DNA of 64,000 bases from positions 1-64,000 of IMG/VR virus record IMGVR_UViG_3300037483_000793, one strand, 5' to 3'. Positions within the stretch are counted from its first letter, which is position 1, and each line of letters opens with the position of its first letter. Below the pieces are notes generated by a model. The model was not told the DNA's origin. It worked only from the letters and a program-made list of their open reading frames with translations, and did no database searches. The DNA is from a virus. The translations under genes and the position numbers were made by a program. Below are positions 36,730 to 46,730 of the stretch, piece by piece.

Positions 36730-37152
36730 ATGTCCGACAAGATTGTCATCGTCAGAAACACGTTCAGCTCGCTGCCAAGCGCGCTCGCGGTCATCGAAGA
36801 CCCGAAGCTGCCGCCGCACGTGATGATCTTGCGTAGCGAGGACTGGGAAGTCCTCGTCGATGCCAAGAACGGCAAACTCACCAAGCGCAAGCGCGTCAAG
36901 TTCGAGTCGGTGCCCGACTACGGCACGCTCATGACGTGGGCCGACTTCATCGAAGGTGTCGCGGCCGGTGGCCTCGATGACGACGACGGCGAAGGCGACT
37001 TCGCGACCGCCACCGAGGTCTCGAACATCCTCGTTCCTACTTCTGACATCTACGCCAAGCTGCACCACGGCAACGAGGACGCAGACATCGTCGCGCAGAA
37101 GCTCAAGCCACCGTATGCGTGGGCGACGCACGTCCACTGGTGCAACAAGTAG
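36730..37152 (+). CDS. hypothetical protein
   Basis: First ORF after the promoter; acidic middle region. Confidence 0.7.
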   Translation: MSDKIVIVRNTFSSLPSALAVIEDPKLPPHVMILRSEDWEVLVDAKNGKLTKRKRVKFESVPDYGTLMTWADFIEGVAAGGLDDDDGEGDFATATEVSNILVPTSDIYAKLHHGNEDADIVAQKLKPPYAWATHVHWCNK

Positions 37153-37163
37153 AGAGGTTCATC

Positions 37164-37385
37164 ATGAGCGCTATCACTCCACGTTCGTATCCGAAGCAGA
37201 AGCCGTTCATCGTCACGCACAAGCCGGTCGGCGTTGGCTGTCCAGCGTGCCACAAGGCCAAGCGTCTGCACGGCGTGATGTTCCGTCTCACGCTCTCGCG
37301 CCTCGAAGAGGGCCTCGGTCACGAGGGCTTCGAGTGCGACAAGTGCGGCGAGCGGATCAAGTACGTGCCCAAGGAGATTAGGTAG
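37164..37385 (+). CDS. small Zn-ribbon protein
   Basis: CPAC...CDKC; RBS GAGG. Confidence 0.7.
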   Translation: MSAITPRSYPKQKPFIVTHKPVGVGCPACHKAKRLHGVMFRLTLSRLEEGLGHEGFECDKCGERIKYVPKEIR

Positions 37386-37387
37386 CC

Positions 37388-37693
37388 GTGGGCTTTCCCC
37401 ATCTGCAGCGCTGTGCGAAGCGTGACCACAACTGGAAGCCGATGAAGCGCGGCGGTGCACATGAACAGTGCACAAAGTGCGGTGACGTATTTCCGTGCCG
37501 CAGCGCGTGTGAACATCTCGATTGCATGGTTGCGACCGGCCGAACACTGCCCGACTACGTTGCAAACCACGATCAAGCGCGCGATGCGCTTCTCTCCGAG
37601 CTGGAGATCATCGCGCCGACCGTCTTTGCCGCGGTCGGTACGCCCAAGCGCAAACGCAAACGCAAGCTGGTAGCACTACCGGAGGCCGCATGA
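37388..37693 (+). CDS. Cys/His-rich hypothetical protein
   Basis: C...H, CTKC, C...C.H..C pattern. Confidence 0.65.
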   Translation: MGFPHLQRCAKRDHNWKPMKRGGAHEQCTKCGDVFPCRSACEHLDCMVATGRTLPDYVANHDQARDALLSELEIIAPTVFAAVGTPKRKRKRKLVALPEAA

Positions 37694-38511
37694 AGGCAGC
37701 AAAACCGAAGAGTCGTGTGCCAGGCGGGATGGCTGAGCTGTCTGACGATCGCGTCTATGGAGACAACATGACGATGAAGGGTGTACCGGCGTCCAAGCCG
37801 CAGAAGATTCTGCCGAAGGCTGTCGACATCACGTACGAAGCCGTGCGCGCGCAGCTCATCAAGTACGCTGAGCAGCACAGCGGCAAGTACTGGTTGTCGA
37901 CGAACCGAATCATCGATCTGATGAACGGTTGGGACGGCGTAGATACGTACAACAGCAAGTCACTCGAACGTGCCCGCAAGAAGCTGCAGCAGGCATCGGG
38001 CTGGGACAGGCACGAGAAGCCGACATCGGCACAGGCAACAGCGCTGCGTAAGCAGCTCGACAAGCTCGTCGAGGAAAAGCTCGTCGAGAAGGCACGCGGT
38101 CATACCGACGGTAACAACAGCTGGGGCTATCGCTGGATCACCGATGGACTGAAAGCACAGCAGGCCACGCGCCAAGACAACGGCACGAAGGCAAAGGACA
38201 TCGCCCGACGGCTCTCACTTGCGCTTGGCGGCGACGGCGAGTCTGGTGTGAAGCCGTTCCTGACACCCGACGACGGCATCGGCATCCGTGTGAATCTCTA
38301 CGGCGCAACCGCCGAACGCTTGCTCGAAGCAATCAAGGCCTCAAGACTGAGCCCAGACTTCTTCACCGGCAAGCACTGGGAGATTCTCGCTACGCGTGAC
38401 GGTGCAGTTCAGGGTTGTACAGCTGATCGCGAGGACGCGCGTGAAGAGGGCACGATGTTCCACGAAGTCGAAATCGAAAAGTGTCGCAGTTGCCGGGGCG
38501 AGAACGTATGA
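37690..38511 (+). CDS. hypothetical protein (possible winged-helix)
   Basis: GGAGG RBS and ATGA overlap. Confidence 0.7.
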   Translation: MKAAKPKSRVPGGMAELSDDRVYGDNMTMKGVPASKPQKILPKAVDITYEAVRAQLIKYAEQHSGKYWLSTNRIIDLMNGWDGVDTYNSKSLERARKKLQQASGWDRHEKPTSAQATALRKQLDKLVEEKLVEKARGHTDGNNSWGYRWITDGLKAQQATRQDNGTKAKDIARRLSLALGGDGESGVKPFLTPDDGIGIRVNLYGATAERLLEAIKASRLSPDFFTGKHWEILATRDGAVQGCTADREDAREEGTMFHEVEIEKCRSCRGENV

Positions 38512-38774
38512 ACATCAGCATCGGCAACAACCGCTGGGTCAAGTTCGCACGACGTCCCGATGGTGTGTGGGGCGGACGCGGGCACGGCTACCGATTCCAG
38601 GTCGAGCGCGTGCTGGGCAGTAGACAGTTCAGCGAGCAGTGGCGCTGCCGCGTCTGGCGTGACAAGGGCGGTCCGGTTATCGCAGGCTGCCTGTTCTCCA
38701 AGATGAAGTCGGCGATTCAGGAAGGCGCACGTCGTGCTGACGTCGCAACGACGGAGGCACCGTGCCCTACATAG
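38508..38774 (+). CDS. hypothetical protein
   Basis: ATGA overlap. Confidence 0.6.
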   Translation: MNISIGNNRWVKFARRPDGVWGGRGHGYRFQVERVLGSRQFSEQWRCRVWRDKGGPVIAGCLFSKMKSAIQEGARRADVATTEAPCPT

Positions 38775-39085
38775 AGATCAGCTCACGCGACGGCGCGTTC
38801 GACGTTCGCGCCATGACCGACGCCAGCGCCGATTCACTGCGCATGCAGGGCGGCGATCCTATCCATGTCGAGGATGACGTCTACGAGGCATGGCTCGCGC
38901 ACCTCCGCGAACACCGCGCGTACAACACCATCTGGCGTTCACTCTCGAACGAGCACGGACTGCAGCTGCGTATGCGCGAGCTGACCGACAACGTGGTGCG
39001 CCTGCGCGGCATCGTTGAGCTGGCACGCAGAGTCGCAGAGGCAGACGACGCGAAGAAGACGCAGACCAAGAAGAAGAAGTCATGA
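38762..39085 (+). CDS. hypothetical protein
   Basis: GGAGG RBS before GTG. Confidence 0.65.
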   Translation: MPYIEISSRDGAFDVRAMTDASADSLRMQGGDPIHVEDDVYEAWLAHLREHRAYNTIWRSLSNEHGLQLRMRELTDNVVRLRGIVELARRVAEADDAKKTQTKKKKS

Positions 39086-39528
39086 GCACCAAATGCAAAT
39101 CACCCATCGACAACACGATCAACCAGAGCCCGACGACGCGTATCGCAAAGATGCTGTACGACCTCGTGCTTGCACTGCCGGGCCATCCACCGACAGCGCG
39201 GGCGCACGCCGTAATCGCGCGCGGGATCGCGCTGCTTGCGCAGCAAGCCAAGTTGACGCCGAAGGCATTCGATTGCGCCAACGGCGCCGACGCGCTTGCC
39301 GCGATCGCGCATACCGTGTCGCGCGACGAGCTGGTGCATCTCGGCAACAGCTCAGCACAGGTACTGAGCGCTCGCTGGTCAGCGGCGATCTATCTCATCG
39401 GGACAAAGCTGCACCCGTCGCTGTCGCTGGCCGATGTGCGGCGCTTCGCCGACACGTCAACAGATCCCGTCGACCGTCCCGCTGATGATTCTTGGCCACC
39501 CAAGTTGTTCGGAAAGTTCATGTCATGA
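39082..39528 (+). CDS. hypothetical protein
   Basis: ATGA overlaps at both ends. Confidence 0.65.
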   Translation: MSTKCKSPIDNTINQSPTTRIAKMLYDLVLALPGHPPTARAHAVIARGIALLAQQAKLTPKAFDCANGADALAAIAHTVSRDELVHLGNSSAQVLSARWSAAIYLIGTKLHPSLSLADVRRFADTSTDPVDRPADDSWPPKLFGKFMS

Positions 39529-41327
39529 CGCAAACAAAAGAACACGCAGCGCACTTCCGGATCAGCGGCGCGGACTTCACACGCATCGCGCGTGAGCGTC
39601 TACTCGAAGACGCGCCAGGTCATGCGTGGCGCATCGCAACTTGCCTCGGCAACGACAGTGGCGAAGATCGTGACAGCGGCGTTGCGGACATCGCACTCGG
39701 GATTCTGAACGGCACCAAGAAGCTCGTCGGTGACGAACGTGACATGCGCGTCGTCAAGGAACACGCCAAGGTCACCGCGAAGCACGTGAAGGACGTGGAC
39801 TTCATCTACGCTGGCCGAATCCGCATCGGTGACAAGTGGTACCGCCCGATCGCGTACGTCAGCGACATGGGCGCACGCGACATGCGCAACGATCACGGTA
39901 AGCCGGTCATGCGGATCGGCAGCGGTATGCGAACCGGCTACGGCAACCGCGCCTGGCACTACTGCGGCAGGGACGAAATCGTCGTCGATAACGCCACCTA
40001 CAAGGACCCGCACAGCCACGGCATGGCGCGCGAGGTCATCTTCCGAACCTGTGGCGAGCGTCCGCACTGGATGGACGTCCCGCGCGATGGCCAAGCCGCA
40101 CTCGACGAGTTTCTCGCACTCGGGCACAGTCTCGAAGAACGTAGCCACAGCAAGTGGTACGGCACGACGTCCGAGGAGATCTGGGCCGACGACGCCAATG
40201 AGCGCACTCCGCTGGAAATGAACGACGGGCCTGAACAACCTGCACGTGTTGCACGCGGTATTTACACGAACGCCGAACGCAACAGACGAGAGCGCGCCGC
40301 ACTCGAAAAGGGCGACGTCGGATTGATGAACGCACGCATCAATGCCGAACTGGAACTCGCGAACGAACTCGATGAAGACGACCGGCCTGAGATCCAAGCA
40401 CTCCGCGACGACCCGCAGCGCGGCGAAATGATCAAGCGTGCGTACAAGAAAGGTCTCGGCGTTGGCGTGATAGCCGAGATGCTCGACGAGATGGACCCGA
40501 CCGCGCTCGCCAAGCTCAAGCCCGAAACGGCACACGAGATCGAAGCCGAGCGGCTCCGCGAGGACTACCGTCTCGCGCAAGAGATCACCGACGAGGCCGC
40601 GCGCGAGGAAGCCGAAGACCAGATCGATGCTGAGCGCGAGGCTCTGCGCCTGCGACGTTTGGCTGACCTACGCGTCGTGATTCTGAAGCAAGCGGGCGAC
40701 GATCTGCTCGATCTCAGCTGGAACGTGGTCATGAACCACGACAACACCGAGGTTCGTGTACCGGCCGGTTCTGCGAAAGTTCCACGCGCGCCGTTCCTGC
40801 ACTGGGCATTCGCGCGCATGAAGATGTTCGAGGAGCAACTGCCGCCGTGGCAGACAGTTTGCCCGCCGGGCATGAAGATGATGAACGACGATCCGTACCA
40901 CACCGACTGGGTGGTCGGCGCCGGGCTCGATCCGGACGATCGATCGCTGCTCTACTATCCCGGACCGGTCGCTGACGCAGCGATGCAACTCGCGCACGAG
41001 CTGCAGGACAAGTTCGACAAGCCGTCGCCGGTTCACGTCCTCGTCGACGGCCCGCACGCAATCGGTCCAGTCCATCACGGCAAGCGCAAGAAGCCGTGCC
41101 CCGCGGGCGCAATCGTCGTGCTGCCGAACCTGCACCCGGATTACGTGATCACGATCGAAGACGCGGTCGGCGTCATCACCGAAGAGGGTGGCGCCGTCGC
41201 GCATCTGGCTCAAGTCGGGCGCGAGCGGAACCTGCCGATCGTTCGCATCGAGAACGCGCTCAAGCGATTCGCACCCGACGAGCAAATCGTGATCGACACG
41301 GCATCACGCTCGGTGACGGGGTTGTGA
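39525..41327 (+). CDS. large protein with C-terminal PEP-utilising enzyme mobile (phospho-His swivel) domain
   Basis: GAIVVLPNLHPDY...GVITEEGGAVAHLAQVGRERNLPIV resembles the GGxxSHxAIxARExxxP signature. Confidence 0.75.
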   Translation: MTQTKEHAAHFRISGADFTRIARERLLEDAPGHAWRIATCLGNDSGEDRDSGVADIALGILNGTKKLVGDERDMRVVKEHAKVTAKHVKDVDFIYAGRIRIGDKWYRPIAYVSDMGARDMRNDHGKPVMRIGSGMRTGYGNRAWHYCGRDEIVVDNATYKDPHSHGMAREVIFRTCGERPHWMDVPRDGQAALDEFLALGHSLEERSHSKWYGTTSEEIWADDANERTPLEMNDGPEQPARVARGIYTNAERNRRERAALEKGDVGLMNARINAELELANELDEDDRPEIQALRDDPQRGEMIKRAYKKGLGVGVIAEMLDEMDPTALAKLKPETAHEIEAERLREDYRLAQEITDEAAREEAEDQIDAEREALRLRRLADLRVVILKQAGDDLLDLSWNVVMNHDNTEVRVPAGSAKVPRAPFLHWAFARMKMFEEQLPPWQTVCPPGMKMMNDDPYHTDWVVGAGLDPDDRSLLYYPGPVADAAMQLAHELQDKFDKPSPVHVLVDGPHAIGPVHHGKRKKPCPAGAIVVLPNLHPDYVITIEDAVGVITEEGGAVAHLAQVGRERNLPIVRIENALKRFAPDEQIVIDTASRSVTGL

Positions 41328-41479
41328 TGAGCTGGATCGAGATCATCTGCTGGCGTCAGACCTACGACCCACGCGAGTTCATGTCAGTTCTTCAGTGCAT
41401 GATCGTTGAATCGGCGCTGATGCGCGGCGACACCAAGACGGCGAAGCAGCACATGATCGACTGGAAGATCATCCGATGA
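41327..41479 (+). CDS. small hypothetical protein
   Basis: TGATG and ATGA overlaps. Confidence 0.55.
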   Translation: MSWIEIICWRQTYDPREFMSVLQCMIVESALMRGDTKTAKQHMIDWKIIR

Positions 41480-41736
41480 AGTCACTATCACTGTTCGAAG
41501 CACTCCGTGAACGTGCCGTTGAGAACGTCGATCAGCGTCACGGCTATACGATGGAATTCGCGCCGTCGCCGGTTCAGCACAAGCTCGAATACGACGAGGA
41601 AGAGCAGAAACTACGTAAGCAAGCTGCCGACGATCCGGGCCTGGTTATGTGCGGACACGCAGATCGCATTCACTATCTCGGTGGCGGTTTACGTGTCTGC
41701 TTCGAGTGTTGGGCACGGATGTTGGGACGGTCGTGA
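41476..41736 (+). CDS. hypothetical protein
   Basis: Overlap-coupled; C-terminal C.H...C..C. Confidence 0.6.
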   Translation: MKSLSLFEALRERAVENVDQRHGYTMEFAPSPVQHKLEYDEEEQKLRKQAADDPGLVMCGHADRIHYLGGGLRVCFECWARMLGRS

Positions 41737-42023
41737 TGACGCTCAGCGACATGATGCAGCTCTACATGCGCGTCATGGGCATCAACTCGTGGAGCACTGA
41801 CGATCGCTTCACCGTGCGCGTATGGGACGGCATGGACGGCTGCTGGTGCGACGTCATTGCAGGTGTCGATCTCGGCTTCGCACTGCGTGCGTGGTGTGAG
41901 AAGACCGAGAACGGGACAGTCAAGACGAGCTTCAGAGACATCGATTACTACCGGATCTTTCCAGCTGACGCGAAGCTGTTGTACAGCGGCGGGCACACAA
42001 TGTTTCGGGACGAAGACGAATGA
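41736..42023 (+). CDS. hypothetical protein
   Basis: TGATG overlap. Confidence 0.65.
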   Translation: MTLSDMMQLYMRVMGINSWSTDDRFTVRVWDGMDGCWCDVIAGVDLGFALRAWCEKTENGTVKTSFRDIDYYRIFPADAKLLYSGGHTMFRDEDE

Positions 42024-42868
42024 AGATTCTTCGAGGCAGGGTCAACTGGATGGAGGGTCGCGAGAACCGCCCGAACCTCTACTTGCTCGTCGACAACATT
42101 CCAGCGCTCGACGAGCTGCGCTTCACGCTGCACGACAACGGTGGCACGATGGATGGCGGGTTCTATTTCGCTGAGCGTGACGGCTATTGCCGGTTCTTTC
42201 GGCACTACGGCAAGGGCAATGCGGGTGGATACAGTGGCGCGAAATTCGACATCACGATGATCGATGGTTCGCCGAAAATGTTGCACGGTCCTTGGTCGTC
42301 GAACACAGGCGAAATGAACGAACGCGGCTTCGGGCCGTGCACGGAAGCGTGGGTGACTGCAGATCCAGCGGTGTTCACGCGCGGGCACGGATTCACTACA
42401 GGCGCCGTACTGCTGTCGAAGCTGCGTGAAGCTGCAGACTGTATCGACGTCGGCACTAGCTACACGTGGCGTCCCGGCGCTGCGTACGCTGCAGAAACGA
42501 TGTTTCCGAAGGGTTCGCGTTTCGCGCTCGCGTGCAACGGACACGTCGTGACGTACACACGAACGCGAGATCGCGAAGAGAAATTCGTCGCGCGGCCAGA
42601 AGTTTTCCCAGATGGCGTGCAAATCGAGACCATCCGTGCAGCGATCGGTGCAGCGCTTGCACTCGACGGCAACACGAATCGTTCGGCGTGGGTCGCGAAC
42701 ACACCAGCCGCGCGATCAATCGGTCACGAGCTAGCCTACGAGATCGGTCAGCGCTACCAGCGGCACCTGCCCTACGACCCGATCGACACACTGCTCGCGC
42801 TGTCAAGCTACGAAGCCGCAGTTCAGTTTCCCGACGGTGAATACTGGGTCAAACCAGCGACGATCTGA
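42020..42868 (+). CDS. hypothetical protein
   Basis: ATGA overlap; 282 aa. Confidence 0.7.
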   Translation: MKILRGRVNWMEGRENRPNLYLLVDNIPALDELRFTLHDNGGTMDGGFYFAERDGYCRFFRHYGKGNAGGYSGAKFDITMIDGSPKMLHGPWSSNTGEMNERGFGPCTEAWVTADPAVFTRGHGFTTGAVLLSKLREAADCIDVGTSYTWRPGAAYAAETMFPKGSRFALACNGHVVTYTRTRDREEKFVARPEVFPDGVQIETIRAAIGAALALDGNTNRSAWVANTPAARSIGHELAYEIGQRYQRHLPYDPIDTLLALSSYEAAVQFPDGEYWVKPATI

Positions 42869-42873
42869 ACGAC

Positions 42874-42950
42874 GATCGCTCTTGCGATAATACTCTTGAC
42901 AAGTCCCAGCAGCGATCATACAAACGGTGTACACAGTCGCTCACGCGATC
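42874..42950 (+). promoter_or_regulatory. putative promoter flanked by two near-copies of the palindrome
   Basis: TTGACA(42896)-N17-TACAAA; GATCGCTCTTGCGATA at 42874 and AGTCGCTCACGCGATC at 42935. Confidence 0.65.
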
Positions 42951-42976
42951 GAGCAAGGAACTAGGGAAACAAGACC

Positions 42977-44059
42977 ATGGCACTGTCATTCGCCCAAGCA
43001 AAGCAAGCCCTCCTCGCATGCGTCGAGGCTAAGATCACTCCACTTGTCGTCGGACCGCCCGGTGTCGGAAAGACGGCGCTGATGCGCGCGGTCGCGGCCG
43101 AGGCTGGTATGCCCTGCCATGAGCTGCTCGCGAGCAACTGCGACGCGGTTGACATTGCTGGGCTGCCCTACGTGGTTGACGGCGTGCTCAAGCGCGCCCT
43201 GATCACGCAGATCAAGGCCTGCGTCGAGGCGCCGGGCTTGCTGTTCTTGGACGAGCTGACCAGCGTGCCACCGAGCGTGCAGGCGCCACTGATGCGCCTC
43301 CTGCTGGAGCATGTTGCGGGTAACGAGCGGCTTCACCTGGACAGCTGCGTCGTCGGCGCCGCGAACCGTCCCGAGGAGTGTCCCGGCGGTATCGAGATGT
43401 CCGCCGCGAGCATCAACCGCGTCATCAAGTTCGTCGACTACATGCCCACGCTCGACGAGCTGCGCAACTTCTACGAGACGATCGGCGCGTCGGGCACGCG
43501 CGTGCACGAGGAGTTCCTCGACTTCTCCGCGACACTCACCGTCAACAGCGACTTGCTCGACATGACACCGCCGCGCGCGTCGATCGATGCCGGTGCGCCG
43601 TTCGGTTCGCCGCGTGCTTGGGAGCGCGGTCTGCGCGCGTACGCTTCGTACTGCGACAAGGCAGGCGTCGGCTTCAACGTCGGCAAGGACGACGACGACA
43701 TCGGCTATGCGATTCTTTCGGGCGCTGTTGGTGAAGCCAAGGCAGTCGCGTTTCTCGGCATCCGCAAGATGCGCAAGCACCTGCCCTCGATCGAAGAGAT
43801 CCTGGCCGATCCCGTCAAGGCCAAGATCCCCGAGCAGAAGGATCGCCAGATCGCGGCCGTCGGCCTGCTCTCGCGCGTCGCCGAGAAGGATCTCTGGTGC
43901 GCGTGGCTCTACACCGAGCGCCTGCTGCCCGAGATCAGCGCTGCCTGTGCGCGCGTTCTCATGACGCGACAGGGCACGGCAGGTACGAGCAAGTGGTTCC
44001 AGCAGGGCAAGAAGGCCCAGATCGACGCTCTCGCGAAGGTCCGCCGCGCGATGCAGTAG
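42977..44059 (+). CDS. MoxR-like AAA+ ATPase
   Basis: VGPPGVGKT, LFLDEL, GAANRP, SINR, SPRAW. Confidence 0.88.
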   Translation: MALSFAQAKQALLACVEAKITPLVVGPPGVGKTALMRAVAAEAGMPCHELLASNCDAVDIAGLPYVVDGVLKRALITQIKACVEAPGLLFLDELTSVPPSVQAPLMRLLLEHVAGNERLHLDSCVVGAANRPEECPGGIEMSAASINRVIKFVDYMPTLDELRNFYETIGASGTRVHEEFLDFSATLTVNSDLLDMTPPRASIDAGAPFGSPRAWERGLRAYASYCDKAGVGFNVGKDDDDIGYAILSGAVGEAKAVAFLGIRKMRKHLPSIEEILADPVKAKIPEQKDRQIAAVGLLSRVAEKDLWCAWLYTERLLPEISAACARVLMTRQGTAGTSKWFQQGKKAQIDALAKVRRAMQ

Positions 44060-44077
44060 CATCGAAGGACAACTACC

Positions 44078-45349
44078 ATGGCACGCCAAAACACTAACGA
44101 AGCACAAAAGAACGGGCACACGCGCATCGACCCTGATGCCGCTGCCGCGCTCGTCAAGCGCTGCAAGGCGCAAGCGATGTCGCTCGGCTGGAAGTCGCCG
44201 TTCTTCCTGCCGTCGATTGCACGCATCGAGTTCCTCGCGACGAACTTCCCGGACACGGCATGCGTGGATCTGCGTGGTCGCATTCGCGTCAACCCGACGT
44301 TCGCAGCAACGCTCAAGGACAGCGAGCTGCAGTTCGTGATTGCACACGAGCTGATGCACCTACTGATGCTTCACCATGACCGTCGCGGTCACCGCGAGCC
44401 CGTGCGTTGGAACATCGCCACCGACCTGATCATCAACCGCACGCTCAAGAACGTCTCGACGGCGATGGGTGCGGGCTCGTTCACGATGCCGTCGGTGGGG
44501 ATCATCGCGGACGAGGATCAGGCCGAGATGACGGCCGAGCAGCTCTACAGCGAGTTGCCCGAGCCATCAGCACAGCAGATGGCAGCGCACGCGGCCGGTA
44601 CGGTGCCGGTCGGTGCAGGTTGCGGTCCAACGCCAGGCAACGGTACGGACGACGGCGACGATCCGCAGGATCAAGCAACCGAGGATCAGCTCAAGCGCCA
44701 GTGGCGCGAGTGCGCGGCGCAGAGTCAACTCTCAGGCCGTCAGGCCGGTACACAGGAAGGCAACCTGCTCGCCGACCTGCTCGACATTCCACCGCCCAAG
44801 GTCCGCTGGTCCGAGGTTCTGCGCGGTGCGTTGTACCGCGCGATCGCCGAAGCAGGCCGCGATGACGTCTCGTGGAGCCGTCGCTCGCGCCGCAGCAACA
44901 CCGAGATCATCCTGCCCGGTGGTATCACCTACCGCTGCAAGGCCGCTGTCGTCATCGACACGTCAGGCTCGATGTCCGACGAAGATCTCAGCCGCTGCGT
45001 CGCCGAGACCACAGCGATCGTCAACAACTGCCGCGTGCCAGTGTTTCTCGTCGTGCACGACCATGCCGTACAGGAAGCCTGCTGGATCCGTCCCGGCGCG
45101 AAGTCGACGGTTCACAGCAACATCAAGAAGCGGATGAAGGGTCGCGGCGGTACGAGCTTCGAGGAAGCCTACGACCGCGTCGAGAAGGAACCCGGCAAGT
45201 TCAACTGCATGGTTCACCTGACGGACGGTGAAGTCTATGACTGGCCGCAGCGGCCTGCCAGCGTCCGTCGGCTCGTCGTAGCGCTCGTCGGCTCGTCGAA
45301 CCGTGAATCTTGTCCCGACGATGCACGTATCATCGAAGTCGAGCTGTGA
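44078..45349 (+). CDS. DUF2201-type metallopeptidase-vWA protein
   Basis: IAHELMH (HExxH), WNIATDLIIN, VIDTSGSM MIDAS, GRGGTSF, LTDG. Confidence 0.88.
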   Translation: MARQNTNEAQKNGHTRIDPDAAAALVKRCKAQAMSLGWKSPFFLPSIARIEFLATNFPDTACVDLRGRIRVNPTFAATLKDSELQFVIAHELMHLLMLHHDRRGHREPVRWNIATDLIINRTLKNVSTAMGAGSFTMPSVGIIADEDQAEMTAEQLYSELPEPSAQQMAAHAAGTVPVGAGCGPTPGNGTDDGDDPQDQATEDQLKRQWRECAAQSQLSGRQAGTQEGNLLADLLDIPPPKVRWSEVLRGALYRAIAEAGRDDVSWSRRSRRSNTEIILPGGITYRCKAAVVIDTSGSMSDEDLSRCVAETTAIVNNCRVPVFLVVHDHAVQEACWIRPGAKSTVHSNIKKRMKGRGGTSFEEAYDRVEKEPGKFNCMVHLTDGEVYDWPQRPASVRRLVVALVGSSNRESCPDDARIIEVEL

Positions 45350-45393
45350 CCCTGGCGCTTGATCGCGTCAGTGACTACTAGGGAGAAAGAGCT

Positions 45394-46221
45394 ATGAGCA
45401 AGAACAAGCGCACCAGCACCATCAAGAGCGAAGGCGTCTTTCACTTCCGTCCGGGGTGGATGATGGTCGACTGCTCGTCGGCGAGCGGCGGTATCCGGTA
45501 CGACCGCGAGCTGCTGAAGGAGAAGTCGATCAACAAGGGCAACGGCCTGCAGGCCGACCACAAGACGCGCAAGACCGTCGACAACGTCGAGTTCTGTGCA
45601 GCGGTCGACGCCGTCGTCAAGAAGGTCGACTACGTGCTGCGCAAGCACTGTGCGCGCACGGACATGGGCTGGTTCGCCGACGACAGCGTACTCCACAAGG
45701 TCAAGGCCGAGGTCGCCGAGATCGAGCGCGAGGCGAACGAGCTGAACACGATCGCGGCCAAGAAGGCCAAGAGCGCGCGCCGCGCGAAGATCCGTGTCGT
45801 GCCGCTCAAGCTCGACCTCGCCAAGCCAGAAGCCGTTCAGGAGATCGCCGCGACGATCCGCAGCGTGCTGACCGAGCTTCGTGACGCGCTCAGAGCCGGT
45901 GACCTCGCCAGCCTGCACAAGCTCCGTATCCGTTCCAAGAACCTGGAGCGCCTCGCGACGGGCTTCCAGAGCGATGCCATCCGGTTCGCGCTGGAGCGCG
46001 TCCCGGCCGCAGCGACCGAGATCCGTGAGACGGTCAAGAACGCTGTTCGTGCTGCCAAGAACGACGGCGAGGATGCGGACAAGGTCACCGAGGTCGGTGA
46101 GCAGGCTGCAAAGCGTGCCGGTGCGAAGGTCGATGTCGAGTCGATCGAAGCTGCAATTGCACACTTCGAGGACTCGACGCTCGGAGCCGCTGTTGACGAC
46201 GACGTCAACGACGCCGCATAG
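45394..46221 (+). CDS. coiled-coil hypothetical protein accompanying the MoxR/vWA pair
   Basis: RBS TAGGGAG; charged helical composition. Confidence 0.75.
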   Translation: MSKNKRTSTIKSEGVFHFRPGWMMVDCSSASGGIRYDRELLKEKSINKGNGLQADHKTRKTVDNVEFCAAVDAVVKKVDYVLRKHCARTDMGWFADDSVLHKVKAEVAEIEREANELNTIAAKKAKSARRAKIRVVPLKLDLAKPEAVQEIAATIRSVLTELRDALRAGDLASLHKLRIRSKNLERLATGFQSDAIRFALERVPAAATEIRETVKNAVRAAKNDGEDADKVTEVGEQAAKRAGAKVDVESIEAAIAHFEDSTLGAAVDDDVNDAA

Positions 46222-46228
46222 GACACCG

Positions 46229-46375
46229 ACGCTCGCGCGCACGCGCGAGCGGCTGGGACGCTAAGCCAGGCGCGGTCCTGTTGTCAGCGGGTGCACACCG
46301 CGGGCGGGGATTAGAGAGGCAACCGTCCGGGTGGTACGGCGACGCGCCGCGAGCCAGTACCCCACTTTTTCTTTC
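46229..46375 (+). ncRNA. multi-hairpin intergenic element ending in a U-tract (ncRNA or terminator candidate)
   Basis: Stems CGCTCGCGC/GCGCGAGCG, CTGG/CCAG, CGCGGT/ACCGCG, GGGCGG/CCGTCC, GGTAC/GTACC, then TTTTTCTTT. Confidence 0.35.
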
Positions 46376-46388
46376 GTAGGAGGCTGAC

Positions 46389-46730
46389 GTGAGCGACGAA
46401 GAGAACACCAAGGACGCGTGGCTACAGGAAGCCATCAAGCGGGCCAAGCAGAGCGCGCTGCCGATCCTGCTCCGCGAGTTCGGCTTTGGTGATCCCGACG
46501 ACCCGACCGACGCTGACTCGCTCTGTGACGCGGTCGAGCTGGCGCTACTCGCTGTGACCGGCGAGGTCACGGAAGCTAAACTACGCGACGCACTTCGGTC
46601 GATCGCCGAGATGTATGCACAGACGATCGACGCGAAGTGGGAGAGCGTCGCGGACGCGATCATCAGCACACTGGAGTGGTTGCCGCCGGACAAGAAGACG
46701 CACGTGCTCGACTCGTGGGGTGGCCGGTGA
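46389..46730 (+). CDS. hypothetical protein
   Basis: GGAGG RBS before GTG. Confidence 0.7.
   Translation: MSDEENTKDAWLQEAIKRAKQSALPILLREFGFGDPDDPTDADSLCDAVELALLAVTGEVTEAKLRDALRSIAEMYAQTIDAKWESVADAIISTLEWLPPDKKTHVLDSWGGR

Noticed and set aside
13929-44359. Long antisense ORFs (e.g. 13929-15020, 17105-18856, 34496-36106, 42986-44359)
   Set aside because: They are shadow frames of high-GC genes with clear family motifs on the opposite strand; the translations have no motifs of their own.
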